This document shows, piece after piece, positions 20,305 to 29,527 of a DNA stretch of 57,628 nt. Both the position numbers and the translations under genes were made by a program. The stretch's first letter is position 1. The number at the start of each line of letters is the position of its first letter. Origin of the DNA: an uncultured virus (IMG/VR IMGVR_UViG_3300028833_000090) (Duplodnaviria > Heunggongvirae > Uroviricota > Caudoviricetes); IMG/VR virus record IMGVR_UViG_3300028833_000090. The stretch is one strand, 5' to 3'. The notes under the pieces were generated by a model. The model made no database searches and was not told the DNA's origin. It saw only the letters and a list, made by a program, of their open reading frames with translations.

Positions 20305-22176
20305 CTATTTCAAATTCTCCGCAAATTCTCTAATTACGCTGGCATCCTCATCGGAGAAATCAGCATAATCTACTATTTTTTCTTTTATTAATTTTAGAAC
20401 AATAGTAAGAGATTCATCGTCAAACTGAGGCTCATCATAATCTTCCTCATCCTCTGGATCTATCCAGGAAAGAACCCATTCAATATGGTCTGTGTCTCTT
20501 GTTTCAAACCATACATCTCTTGCGAGACATTTAGTTTCAGTAAGTTTAATTACTTCACGATACATAAACTTACCATTTCTCAAGTCCTCCGGGGTAACGT
20601 TTGGAAGATTTGAAATTGAATTAAGATCGATCAATAATCCACTAGAGGGCATTTGATAATCAACTTCAATCTTAGAAAGACTAGAATTTAACCAACCTTT
20701 CTTATTCTTCAATGAATTAAGGACTTTTTCATCACTAAATATAATCCTTTCTAATTCACTGTAATCAAGATTCATGTATTTACCATACAAAGAATACAAA
20801 GAGTCTTCTTTGTAATAGACAATACGGGAATCAGATTTAGCTGAAAAATCAAAATTTACACCCTTGAATGCTTCTGGAATAGGAGTTAGATTACCACTTC
20901 TAACCACTTGTTGAAGTAGATGCTGATTTCCTATTACTCCTTCGCAATCTGGTTCAAATAAATCATTCAAGCTCAAATGATTATCACTTAGAGCGAGTGG
21001 GATACTCTCGAATATGGAAATATGACCTTCCCAAAGCTTAAGTACAAGATTAATTTCATCAAGACAAGCCTTGTAAGAATTGTACATGTTTAACGCTTTG
21101 GATCCGAACTTCATATCGCCAAGATTGCTAATCATAGTATTAACCCAAGCATATTCATCTATCAAAATAGACTTAGCCATAGAAATCTTCTCATCTAAGT
21201 CATATTCTTCTATTGATCCTGTATTTTGATCAATACTTTTATAAAGATTCACTTTAATAAATCCATGATCATAGGTTATATAACCTTTCGATTGCGGATT
21301 TATTATGATGAAACCAGAAGCAGGTGTAGTCTCGTCAATCATATAATTATAGCGATTAACTCCACCTTCAATAACAAACGTTGGAAAATAAAGCCATTTA
21401 CTCCAACCTCTATCATTGAGAGCTTCTCTATATACCCAGAGAGACTCTAATGCTTTGGTATTAGCCGTAAGACTTTCTCTCCAATCGAGACGATCAATAT
21501 CAGGAAATCTCATTACTGGACAATGATTATCCTCACCGGGATGATTGGTGAACATAAACGAATCAATTCGACCCCTGTATGGATCAAACATACCAATACC
21601 AGGGAGGAATTTACCTGATGTTCTCATAGCGATGACCCACTTCTTCAATAGATCAAATATTCGGTCATCAGTTGGCGTTTCATCAAATTTGATTTTATCA
21701 AAATCAGCTTCAAATGTAGGATTATCTCCTTCATAATCAAGCCAACTTTCTTCATCGAAAAATCCCGATTCTACAAAATCATAATTCAACGAAGTTCCAC
21801 CTATTTCAGATTCACCAGGACCAACCGCATGAACCTGATTAGGAACATACACGTAGTCCCTTCCATTTTTAAACCTAAGAATGATAGGTTGTTTGCTTTC
21901 TTTATCCTTAACACAAATATTCTTTGAGATTCGCGTTACTGGATATTGAAGGTAGTGATCAACTACTTTAGCCGCATCATATTGGTCAGGAATATTATTC
22001 TCTTTACAGAGAATATCTTTCATCCAACCTTCACCCTTCAACTCTGTTTGAATTGAGGAGTAAAGCTCTTTCTTCTCATTATCTGAAGTAATCATGAAAG
22101 AGAGAGCTGTAATCGAGGGTATTAAATACCCAACATATGCTCTGGACTCTTCTACGTCCACGTGTTTTGTTATCAT
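20305..22176 (-). CDS. Hypothetical protein
   Basis: 623-aa ORF. Confidence 0.8.
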   Translation of the reverse strand: MITKHVDVEESRAYVGYLIPSITALSFMITSDNEKKELYSSIQTELKGEGWMKDILCKENNIPDQYDAAKVVDHYLQYPVTRISKNICVKDKESKQPIILRFKNGRDYVYVPNQVHAVGPGESEIGGTSLNYDFVESGFFDEESWLDYEGDNPTFEADFDKIKFDETPTDDRIFDLLKKWVIAMRTSGKFLPGIGMFDPYRGRIDSFMFTNHPGEDNHCPVMRFPDIDRLDWRESLTANTKALESLWVYREALNDRGWSKWLYFPTFVIEGGVNRYNYMIDETTPASGFIIINPQSKGYITYDHGFIKVNLYKSIDQNTGSIEEYDLDEKISMAKSILIDEYAWVNTMISNLGDMKFGSKALNMYNSYKACLDEINLVLKLWEGHISIFESIPLALSDNHLSLNDLFEPDCEGVIGNQHLLQQVVRSGNLTPIPEAFKGVNFDFSAKSDSRIVYYKEDSLYSLYGKYMNLDYSELERIIFSDEKVLNSLKNKKGWLNSSLSKIEVDYQMPSSGLLIDLNSISNLPNVTPEDLRNGKFMYREVIKLTETKCLARDVWFETRDTDHIEWVLSWIDPEDEEDYDEPQFDDESLTIVLKLIKEKIVDYADFSDEDASVIREFAENLK

Positions 22177-22218
22177 AATTATTAAATGTTTAGTTAATAA
22201 TGATAATTTATTTTTTTT

Positions 22219-22542
22219 ATTCTTTTATTAGATTTTGAAGGGACAAAAAAATAACTGATAATTAGATTTTTTTCTAATTATCAGTTAATCTACTACTCTT
22301 TTGTTGGAGTAGTAGTTTTCTTAGCTCGGCTGTAAAGATCATTTACGTGAGCTTGCGCACGCTCTCTGATAGCTTTACTAATCTCTTCCTCACTTGGTGA
22401 GGAAGGGTGTCCAATTGCACCAGCTTTAGGTTTAAAAGTAGGTGTAACTCTTTTAGTCAAATATTTTGCCATTTTAATAATTTTTTATTTATTATTAATA
22501 AATATTTTAATTCTTTTATTAGATTTTGAAGGGACAAAAAAA
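22219..22542. repeat. 33-bp direct repeat (22219-22251 and 22510-22542): terminator tail + promoter
   Basis: ATTCTTTTATTAGATTTTGAAGGGACAAAAAAA occurs twice, flanking the small ORF. Confidence 0.85.
22293..22472 (-). CDS. Small basic protein, 59 aa (not in ORF track)
   Basis: MAKYLTKRVTPTFKPKAGAIGHPSSPSEEEISKAIRERAQAHVNDLYSRAKKTTTPTKE*; own promoter motif, A-rich start and terminator. Confidence 0.7.
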   Translation of the reverse strand: MAKYLTKRVTPTFKPKAGAIGHPSSPSEEEISKAIRERAQAHVNDLYSRAKKTTTPTKE

Positions 22543-22557
22543 ATACTACCAATAATC

Positions 22558-22637
22558 ATCTAAGCTACCGAGGCTTTTCAGGGCACTCAGGTCCGAATTG
22601 AACGGACTACTCTCGTTTTTCACACGAGCGCTTCACC
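22558..22637 (-). tRNA. Circularly permuted tRNA-Phe(GAA)-like gene (3' part first, then 5' part; break in D-loop)
   Basis: Minus strand: GGTG AAGC G CTCGT GTGAAAA ACGAG AGTA GTCCG TTCAATT CGGAC CTGAGTGCC CTGAAAA GCCTCGG TA GCTT AGAT. D-stem GCTT/AAGC and acceptor GCCTCGG/CTGAG(T)GC pair across the permutation. Confidence 0.65.
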
Positions 22638-22653
22638 GATTATTGGTAATATT

Positions 22654-22720
22654 TCTCTCACGGAGGCATCGATACCTCATCAAATACGTAGCATAAGCTA
22701 GTTATGATCTCTTGCGTGAA
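22654..22720 (-). ncRNA. Degenerate tRNA-like element
   Basis: TTCACG/CGTGAG closing stem, CATAA/TTATG hairpin, GAGGT-ATCGAT-GCCTC T-arm-like hairpin. Confidence 0.3.
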
Positions 22721-22826
22721 ATTTTCTCATTTTTGTTTCGGACATTATTTGATTTATCCAGGCAGTATCAGAGAACAATCACTCTGCCATTGATTTTTTT
22801 TTGATTTTTTTAATTAATAATTTGTA

Positions 22827-22843
22827 TTCAATAATCAGGCTTT
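22827..22843 (-). promoter_or_regulatory. Phage promoter motif driving the ORF-free tRNA-like unit
   Basis: AAAGCCTGATTATTGAA matches the genome-wide AAANCYTWAN3-4TGAA motif. Confidence 0.55.
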
Positions 22844-22954
22844 TAAGAATTCTTGTACGGAATTTCCATTATCTATAAAAAGAAAGAAAAAGACGATATT
22901 TAAATATCGTCTTTTTCAATTAATCACATGTTTGAGGGCATATTTTGTAATTAA

Positions 22955-25603
22955 TTAATTATCCATTGACTTTATAGCTTCCTCTGCTACTTTGTTGATG
23001 GCCTCAACTGCAGCAACAGCTTTCCCATCAATTGCATAATCATCTACATGAATATTATTATTCCTCTTATAAAAATCCTCCATACAAGCAGGCGGAACAA
23101 ACATGAAACTATTCTTTAAAATATCACCATTAATCAAAAATTTGTTCGTATCCTTGTTGTTTTTATCACATATTTGATACTGGAGTGCTGCTTTTGTGAA
23201 ATCAAATTCACTTGCATAGAAATCAGGAACAACAGGTCTAACTCCAACTTCTTCAAAAAGATTAGTTGAGAATTTCCACTGTTCAAAAACTGATGGAGTA
23301 ATTTCAAATTCAACATAATTATCTATGTCAAGAATTCTGTAAATATTATCAATTACTCTATCTAAGTTAATGTAAAGATATGCTTTATTATTACTCAACT
23401 TACTAACTTGTTCCTCTCGATAAATATAATATTTAGTAACACCATTCTTGATATCATCAAGAGTTACCTTATATTTACCATATATTCTAATAGCATCGTA
23501 AACCTTTTGCCAATTATTATAATAAAGCGTATTAACCAAATCGGTATCAAAGTTTAACCTAGATTCATGAATCTTATTATAAAATTCTGTTACACCCCAG
23601 CTTAGAGAGGGAACATAAGCATATTTAATGAGATAATTAGCTATAACACACTCACATGTTCCTCTAGGATCATCAAGAGCTCGTTTAACTAAGTTATAAA
23701 GCTCATCGGCCCATGTATCTAAACAAATATGATCTATATCATTCAGAGTGAATTTAACCCCAAATAAATGATACTTTCTAAATTCATTTGCATATTCAGC
23801 GGACTCTGTATCAATATTGAAAAGATCTTTCAATATTTTATTATATACCTCTACAGTATTACAAACACTAAGTTCTTCCGTGCTTAAACGTCCTCCTTTT
23901 ACGTAATTATAAACATTGAAGTAATATTTATCAGATACTATGTCTCTAACTTTCATCCAATTTTCCGTATAGTTTTCTGTAAAATACTCTTTTATCTTGT
24001 CTAAGAACTCATTACAGAAATTTCCAATACAAATATTAGAATCAGCTTGTCCATTACTGTACTTTTCATAAAAGTCCTGCATAGATTTTCCGATAATTTT
24101 GGATCTTTTTGTATTAGTATCGGATAGAGGTACTTGATTATACGCCCCTTTGATAATAGTATCAATATTACCTGAAAGTGTCCAGTTTGATTCTTCCTTC
24201 TGATCACACATAGCTGATTTTAGATAATCATCTATATTAAGAGGTGGTGCAAACATAAGGGTATGTATTAAGTCTGTAACCTTAATATCACTACCATCCA
24301 TTGGAATAGGCGTAGGATCATTACCATCCTCTAACCACTCTTGTCCTATCTTACCCCAAATTTCAAATTCTGTAGGAGTAAGTGTTCTCTTTGAAAAATG
24401 CTTATCGAAATAGTCAAAGTAGTAATTATAACCTTTTGATGGCTTTTCCAATTCACAATTAGCAAAAGCTAAATCAGATGGTGTAATAACATAACTATGA
24501 GACTTCATCTTCATAGCTGTTTCTACAACTTCCCACTTTTTCTTAAAAAGATCAGAAGCTTTGATCATCTTTAATTTAATCTTAGTAAATTCAAGATCAT
24601 CTTTGGAAGGTGTTTTTTCTTTTTCTCTCTTTTCATACTCTTCCATACTCATTCCAGTCTTTCCAAGATAATTCAAGAAATCATTAAGCTCATTCCTATG
24701 CGGATTTAAAGGTTCTGGTTCTGGAATATCGTTAACCTTAGTAACTGTTTTTGTGAGAGAATCATTAGAATAAATCCTGGACTGAATATCCATTGGATTT
24801 TCAAACTCCTTAATATAATTAACCCTAGCTGTATTAACGTCATTAAACCACGTAATAGTTTTGCTATAGTTCTCTATATCTTCATCAGTTAATTTAAACC
24901 CAATATTAGTAATAGCTGTAAATATCTTCTCTAAATAAACGGGTTTAAATTTCTCTAGATCATCAGTAACATCAATATCTAACTCAAATACAGCATTAAC
25001 GTCCTTATCATCTTCCTTAATAAAATACCAATCACCCGTGATATCAGAATCAAAAGTATAGAAATGGAGCTTACGTGTATTTGTATATTTCAATACAGTA
25101 GAATATTCATTCATAAAATGAATATAACTTGAAATTTTTCTAGTAGACGACCATAGACCAGAAGGTAAACTTAGCTTTCTAGTATGATCATCAAACCAGT
25201 TAGGTACTGTTTCTGGGTTAAATATACAAGTAACTGGTAAGAATTGCTGAGATTGATCCCTTAAATATTCGTATTCAATCTGTTTAATTTCTATACCACC
25301 CTCTTTTTGAAAGGTTGGTGCACTATCCTCATGAAGCGAAAAAATAGATTTATAATTTATTTTATCATTCACAAAGAACCTGATCACGTCCTTAACCTTT
25401 TGTTCGTCTGTGCTATCCTCTTTAAGTTTGTCAGAAAATGTAGTAGTAACATTCAAAGTAACTAAGCTACCATTTTCTTTGTAATCAAAAGTTTCCTTTA
25501 ATGTTATAGGAAACTCATTCACTTTCGTAAAGCTAGTAAAAAATACATTAGTTAATGTATCAAGCTCTACTTTAGGAATAGTTAATCTTGCTTTTCTAAT
25601 CAT
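22955..25603 (-). CDS. Large hypothetical protein
   Basis: 882-aa ORF, no motif recognised. Confidence 0.8.
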   Translation of the reverse strand: MIRKARLTIPKVELDTLTNVFFTSFTKVNEFPITLKETFDYKENGSLVTLNVTTTFSDKLKEDSTDEQKVKDVIRFFVNDKINYKSIFSLHEDSAPTFQKEGGIEIKQIEYEYLRDQSQQFLPVTCIFNPETVPNWFDDHTRKLSLPSGLWSSTRKISSYIHFMNEYSTVLKYTNTRKLHFYTFDSDITGDWYFIKEDDKDVNAVFELDIDVTDDLEKFKPVYLEKIFTAITNIGFKLTDEDIENYSKTITWFNDVNTARVNYIKEFENPMDIQSRIYSNDSLTKTVTKVNDIPEPEPLNPHRNELNDFLNYLGKTGMSMEEYEKREKEKTPSKDDLEFTKIKLKMIKASDLFKKKWEVVETAMKMKSHSYVITPSDLAFANCELEKPSKGYNYYFDYFDKHFSKRTLTPTEFEIWGKIGQEWLEDGNDPTPIPMDGSDIKVTDLIHTLMFAPPLNIDDYLKSAMCDQKEESNWTLSGNIDTIIKGAYNQVPLSDTNTKRSKIIGKSMQDFYEKYSNGQADSNICIGNFCNEFLDKIKEYFTENYTENWMKVRDIVSDKYYFNVYNYVKGGRLSTEELSVCNTVEVYNKILKDLFNIDTESAEYANEFRKYHLFGVKFTLNDIDHICLDTWADELYNLVKRALDDPRGTCECVIANYLIKYAYVPSLSWGVTEFYNKIHESRLNFDTDLVNTLYYNNWQKVYDAIRIYGKYKVTLDDIKNGVTKYYIYREEQVSKLSNNKAYLYINLDRVIDNIYRILDIDNYVEFEITPSVFEQWKFSTNLFEEVGVRPVVPDFYASEFDFTKAALQYQICDKNNKDTNKFLINGDILKNSFMFVPPACMEDFYKRNNNIHVDDYAIDGKAVAAVEAINKVAEEAIKSMDN

Positions 25604-25697
25604 ATTAAATCATGTTTTTTATTATACTTTCAATAATAATAGTTTTAGACGGCTAATAACGTGAAAGCCTTAGTTACGAACACTAAAAAACACTAAT

Positions 25698-26432
25698 ATG
25701 GATAGACTTCTTATGTTTTGCGGTGATGTACACGGTTATATCACCGCATTAGTCAATCGACTATGTTGTGAAATGCAGCTAAATCATGTCGATTGTATAG
25801 TCTGTGGAGATTTTGGTATCGGCTTTGACAAAAGCTGGGAAAATCTCTACAACAAAATTGAACCTAAGCTTAAAAAAGCAGATGTTCATATTTGGGTTGT
25901 AAGGGGCAACCACGATAATCCTGAATATTTTGAAGATGAAACAAGATATTCAAAAGATTATGTAACTTTTATGGAGGATTATAAACTCTATAAAATTGCA
26001 GGAAAAGAAATACTTCCCATAGGCGGAGCTACTTCTGTTGACAAAAAGTTGAGAGAAGAAGGCAAAAACTGGTGGCCTGATGAAAAAATTAAGAGGGTAG
26101 ATATAAAGACATTACCTACAAAGGTTGATGTAATTGTATCACATCAATGCCCATTAATTTTTGATCCAATTACAGTTAAATTGGATGACGATGATGATAT
26201 TTATGAGGAAGTTACAGAAGAACGCAACTATCTCAATGAAATCGCATTCAATGTAAAAGCTGAATACTGGTACTACGGTCATCACCATACTCATTATTCT
26301 GGGGAATACAAAGACATGAAATGGATATGTCTCGGTATTTCTAATCGTAGAGATCTCCGACCAGAACTCGATGATTATAAAGAAAGAGAAGATTTCGAGC
26401 CAAATCCTCAAGGGGAAGACTCAAAACCTTAA
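25698..26432 (+). CDS. Calcineurin-like metallophosphoesterase
   Basis: GDVHG, CGDFG, RGNHD, SHQCP, YGHHH. Confidence 0.9.
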   Translation: MDRLLMFCGDVHGYITALVNRLCCEMQLNHVDCIVCGDFGIGFDKSWENLYNKIEPKLKKADVHIWVVRGNHDNPEYFEDETRYSKDYVTFMEDYKLYKIAGKEILPIGGATSVDKKLREEGKNWWPDEKIKRVDIKTLPTKVDVIVSHQCPLIFDPITVKLDDDDDIYEEVTEERNYLNEIAFNVKAEYWYYGHHHTHYSGEYKDMKWICLGISNRRDLRPELDDYKEREDFEPNPQGEDSKP

Positions 26433-26515
26433 TAGTGAAATAATGAAGATATAAACATAAATGTATCTTCATTATTTCTTTTTCTTTTACTATCTAAACA
26501 TATTATTTTATTAAC
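26423..26515 (+). promoter_or_regulatory. Leader element copy 7 (divergent)
   Basis: AAAACCTTAATAGTGAAATAATGAAGATA..TATCTTCATTATTTC + T-tract + TTATTAAC. Confidence 0.55.
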
Positions 26516-26535
26516 AAAAAAACTATTCAATTAAT

Positions 26536-26847
26536 ATGAAAATATTAAGACATATTCTGAATGTTTTCCTGTTGTTCATTACATTACCTTGTAGAGCAGC
26601 GGGATTAATATTGGCAGTTCGTATGCCAGTAGGATATGACGAACTCACAAAAACACAAGAGTTCGTTTACCTTCATAGATGGTTTGACTTTACTGGTCTC
26701 ATCTATGAAGCATTAGATCTTCTCTCCAAAGACGAGGATGTAACTCTCGTAGTTATCGATCTCAAAAAGATTGATAAGGAGAAGGTTATAATCTACAAAT
26801 CATTCGACGAATTTGTAGATGAAAATTGTAAACTTGAGTTAAAATAA
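26536..26847 (+). CDS. Hypothetical protein (hydrophobic N-terminus)
   Basis: 103-aa ORF. Confidence 0.65.
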   Translation: MKILRHILNVFLLFITLPCRAAGLILAVRMPVGYDELTKTQEFVYLHRWFDFTGLIYEALDLLSKDEDVTLVVIDLKKIDKEKVIIYKSFDEFVDENCKLELK

Positions 26848-26850
26848 GCT

Positions 26851-27144
26851 ATGTCTGAATTTAAACTTGATTTTACATTACCAGCTGTTGAACCGGTTAC
26901 GATAATTGGTCCTGACGGTAATGATGTTATTACTACGTCGGATGAATTATTGTGGCTTTACATTCGTAAACAGCTTCTTAAAGAGAAGCAGTGGATGAAT
27001 TATAAAGTTAAATATAAGGGAGAAATTTATGAGTTTGAGAAGAATGGACAATTCCATTCTCCAGACGATGATTTCTTCCCTCTCTTCTGCCAATTGGCGG
27101 AGGACGTAATCTTTTACACTCCAGAAGATGGAAGAGAAGATTAA
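26851..27144 (+). CDS. Hypothetical protein
   Basis: 97-aa ORF in operon. Confidence 0.7.
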   Translation: MSEFKLDFTLPAVEPVTIIGPDGNDVITTSDELLWLYIRKQLLKEKQWMNYKVKYKGEIYEFEKNGQFHSPDDDFFPLFCQLAEDVIFYTPEDGRED

Positions 27145-27403
27145 AACCTATGAGGATGGTATAAACTTTATCAATGGAAGTTTCCCTCCACTCAAGCCAG
27201 AAGAACAAGAACTGGCTGAGTCAGGAGATACACCCACTGATATATCAATACCACTTCTTAGAAGAAGCATTGTTAATGCTAAACTCATTACAGAGTTTGA
27301 TAATTGCATTAAGGAGGGTCTTCCAGTATTAGATGCTTTCTATAAAGCATTTCATACAAGCAGATTGTATATTGAAGAACTTGAAGAAAACTTCAATAAA
27401 TAA
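27128..27403 (+). CDS. Hypothetical protein
   Basis: 91-aa ORF overlapping the previous stop. Confidence 0.65.
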   Translation: MEEKIKTYEDGINFINGSFPPLKPEEQELAESGDTPTDISIPLLRRSIVNAKLITEFDNCIKEGLPVLDAFYKAFHTSRLYIEELEENFNK

Positions 27404-27440
27404 TCTAAAATAGACAAAAATTAAAAAAAAAACTACACAA

Positions 27441-28235
27441 ATGAATAATAATAATAATACAACTACAGATTATAAAGCCGTTTATACAAGCATTATAAAG
27501 GAAACGGCTGATAAAATTAACGACCAGCTTCACAACTGGTTTGTTAAGAAGGAAAGTAAGTGGAATAAGAAATACCCCACATATCCTTACGCTGGAGACA
27601 GAAAAGTAATCTTCTTAGGCTTTAATGTTGAGCTCAAGGAAGATGAAGATCTCAGCAATAAATATCCTACCGCCATTATTAACGTGACGGTTAGAACAAG
27701 AAGAACTTATCGTGGAAATTCTCTTTTCGAAGAGAAACACTTTCCAGCTACCCAGATTGAGTTCAATTTGAAGTCTGGTTTAGGTGGTCTCCACAATAAG
27801 TTGATCCATATTTTTGGCATCGGCCCGAATTGCCGATTGTTGAAAAATATGGAAAAATATAAAAATATCAACAATGACATCAAAAATTTGAAGGAAAAGA
27901 TAGAGGATCTTGAACAAGCAATCAAGATTGCTGATAATCCCGAATTTAAGAGTGATTGTTATCGAAATTATTTCCATAATTTCGAAGAAAACATTATTCA
28001 TACGATGTATCATTGTGAAACTGTCGAAGAAGCAGTTCGTCTCTATAAGAGAGGAGGCTACTTCGACGGTCAACAAATGATGAAGGATAATGACTTTATC
28101 ATCCTGACTATTGAGAATCTTTTCTCAGTAACAGACGGTGATAAATTTAATCAAGATCGAGCTTTCTTCTGGAAAGAACTCCAAGAATCCAGGAGAGAGT
28201 TAAGATTCTTACAATCAATAATAGACACGTTTTAA
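27441..28235 (+). CDS. Hypothetical protein with coiled coil
   Basis: 264-aa ORF, A-rich start. Confidence 0.75.
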   Translation: MNNNNNTTTDYKAVYTSIIKETADKINDQLHNWFVKKESKWNKKYPTYPYAGDRKVIFLGFNVELKEDEDLSNKYPTAIINVTVRTRRTYRGNSLFEEKHFPATQIEFNLKSGLGGLHNKLIHIFGIGPNCRLLKNMEKYKNINNDIKNLKEKIEDLEQAIKIADNPEFKSDCYRNYFHNFEENIIHTMYHCETVEEAVRLYKRGGYFDGQQMMKDNDFIILTIENLFSVTDGDKFNQDRAFFWKELQESRRELRFLQSIIDTF

Positions 28236-28398
28236 TATGCCTTTTATTGATCAACCAGAAGATGAATACCAGGATTCTCTCACATACAGAGAGGTTCCTG
28301 TTGACAAGAACAAACGTTGGATGACTGACATTTGGTAAAAAAAAAATAAACACACATACTGATTTTTAGTTAGTATGTGTGTTTTTTATTTGGTCAGG

Positions 28399-29409
28399 CT
28401 AAAGACATAACTTGTCTAAAGCCTGTTCATATTCTTCTATATAGTTATCAATTACTGACAAGTCTTTGGAGACCCTCAATCCTTGCCTATTAAAAGATTT
28501 AACAGGATCAAGTGAGGTAAATCCCTCTAATTGACACGTATCGTAATTAAAAATTCGTGTATAATTCCACGCATCCGTGGAAAGATAGATGTGATTATTG
28601 GTCCAACCTTTAGCTGAAGACTGTAATACAGCCGACAGATTATTGTTGTTATTATCAATAATCAATGTTCCAACAACCGTAAGCGACGGAACTGAATCTT
28701 CTGGCTCACCTGGATTAGGTTGAAACATCTTACCGCTATGCAAACAAAGTTGCATGAGCTGCTTTGCCTTAAACCTAAGACCACCGGGACCTAAGTCACC
28801 CCCAGTCATAGTGTCATTAGCAAACGCTACAAGACGTGAAAGACCGTCAAATAGAAGTAAGACGTCCTTACGTTTGTTATATACCAAATCTTGAGCGCAA
28901 GCTATGATTTGGCATGCATTATCTATACTGTCTGTATAGAAATCGTCCAGACATGCTACCCTAATATCAATACCAGGATGAGCATTTTTGAAACAGGAGA
29001 CAAAGCCTCCCCTTTCTGACCACATTTCATAATCCCTTTCACCAAATGAGATTACAAAAATATAGTCAAATTTTTTGCCAGTGGAGTTCACATATGGTCT
29101 ACACCAGCCACTTGCCATAGTCATAAGCGTGGAAGTTTTACCACAGCCTGCTTCGGCAATGATGTGAACTGACTGTCCAAAGTGAATGTCAAATTCACGA
29201 TCTATATAACGCGATCTTGCACGTTGTATAGCAGTATCCCCTGCAGCACATACTCTTGCATGATACTGGTCAGGGATCTCACCGTGAGCTTTTCGATAGT
29301 CACGATTAATGCGTTCCCTTTCAGTAGGATCCGCATAAAACTGGATCAGTTTCTCTACCTGATCCGTAGGTGTTTCCGTCGGCGACGGAAAATAAAATTC
29401 TCTGTACAT
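28399..29409 (-). CDS. Rho termination factor-like RecA-fold ATPase (C-terminal domain only)
   Basis: GQSVHIIAEAGCGKT, GERDYE, KDVLLLFDGLSRL, GGL, SLTVVGTLIID, KGWTNNHIYLS and LDPVKSFNR parallel Rho GQRGLIVAPPKAGKT, DERPEE, KDVIILLDSITRL, SLTIIATALID, KGTGNMELHLS and IDYNRSGTR. Confidence 0.8.
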   Translation of the reverse strand: MYREFYFPSPTETPTDQVEKLIQFYADPTERERINRDYRKAHGEIPDQYHARVCAAGDTAIQRARSRYIDREFDIHFGQSVHIIAEAGCGKTSTLMTMASGWCRPYVNSTGKKFDYIFVISFGERDYEMWSERGGFVSCFKNAHPGIDIRVACLDDFYTDSIDNACQIIACAQDLVYNKRKDVLLLFDGLSRLVAFANDTMTGGDLGPGGLRFKAKQLMQLCLHSGKMFQPNPGEPEDSVPSLTVVGTLIIDNNNNNLSAVLQSSAKGWTNNHIYLSTDAWNYTRIFNYDTCQLEGFTSLDPVKSFNRQGLRVSKDLSVIDNYIEEYEQALDKLCL

Positions 29410-29425
29410 TTAGTTTTAAAATTTT

Positions 29426-29515
29426 GTTAATAATCACGAAAGAATTAAAGCCGAAAATTAAAAGATAGATGGATTATAACTCCACCTATCTTCATTCTTT
29501 CATGTATAAGGGTTT
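29426..29515 (-). promoter_or_regulatory. Leader element copy 8 (divergent)
   Basis: AAACCCTTATACATGAA, hairpin AAGATAGGTGGA/TCCATCTATCTT, TTTCGTGATTATTAAC. Confidence 0.6.
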
Positions 29516-29527
29516 CAGGGAATGTTA

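Noticed and set aside
22544..22720. HDV-like (theta) ribozyme next to the tRNA-like genes
   Set aside because: Could not build the nested double pseudoknot beside either tRNA-like locus (22.6 kb or 44.1 kb).
28399..29409. F1/V1 ATP synthase subunit
   Set aside because: GER is shared, but the KDVxxLxDxxxRL, SLTxxxTxxID and KGxxNxxxxLS blocks follow Rho; no other ATP synthase genes are present.
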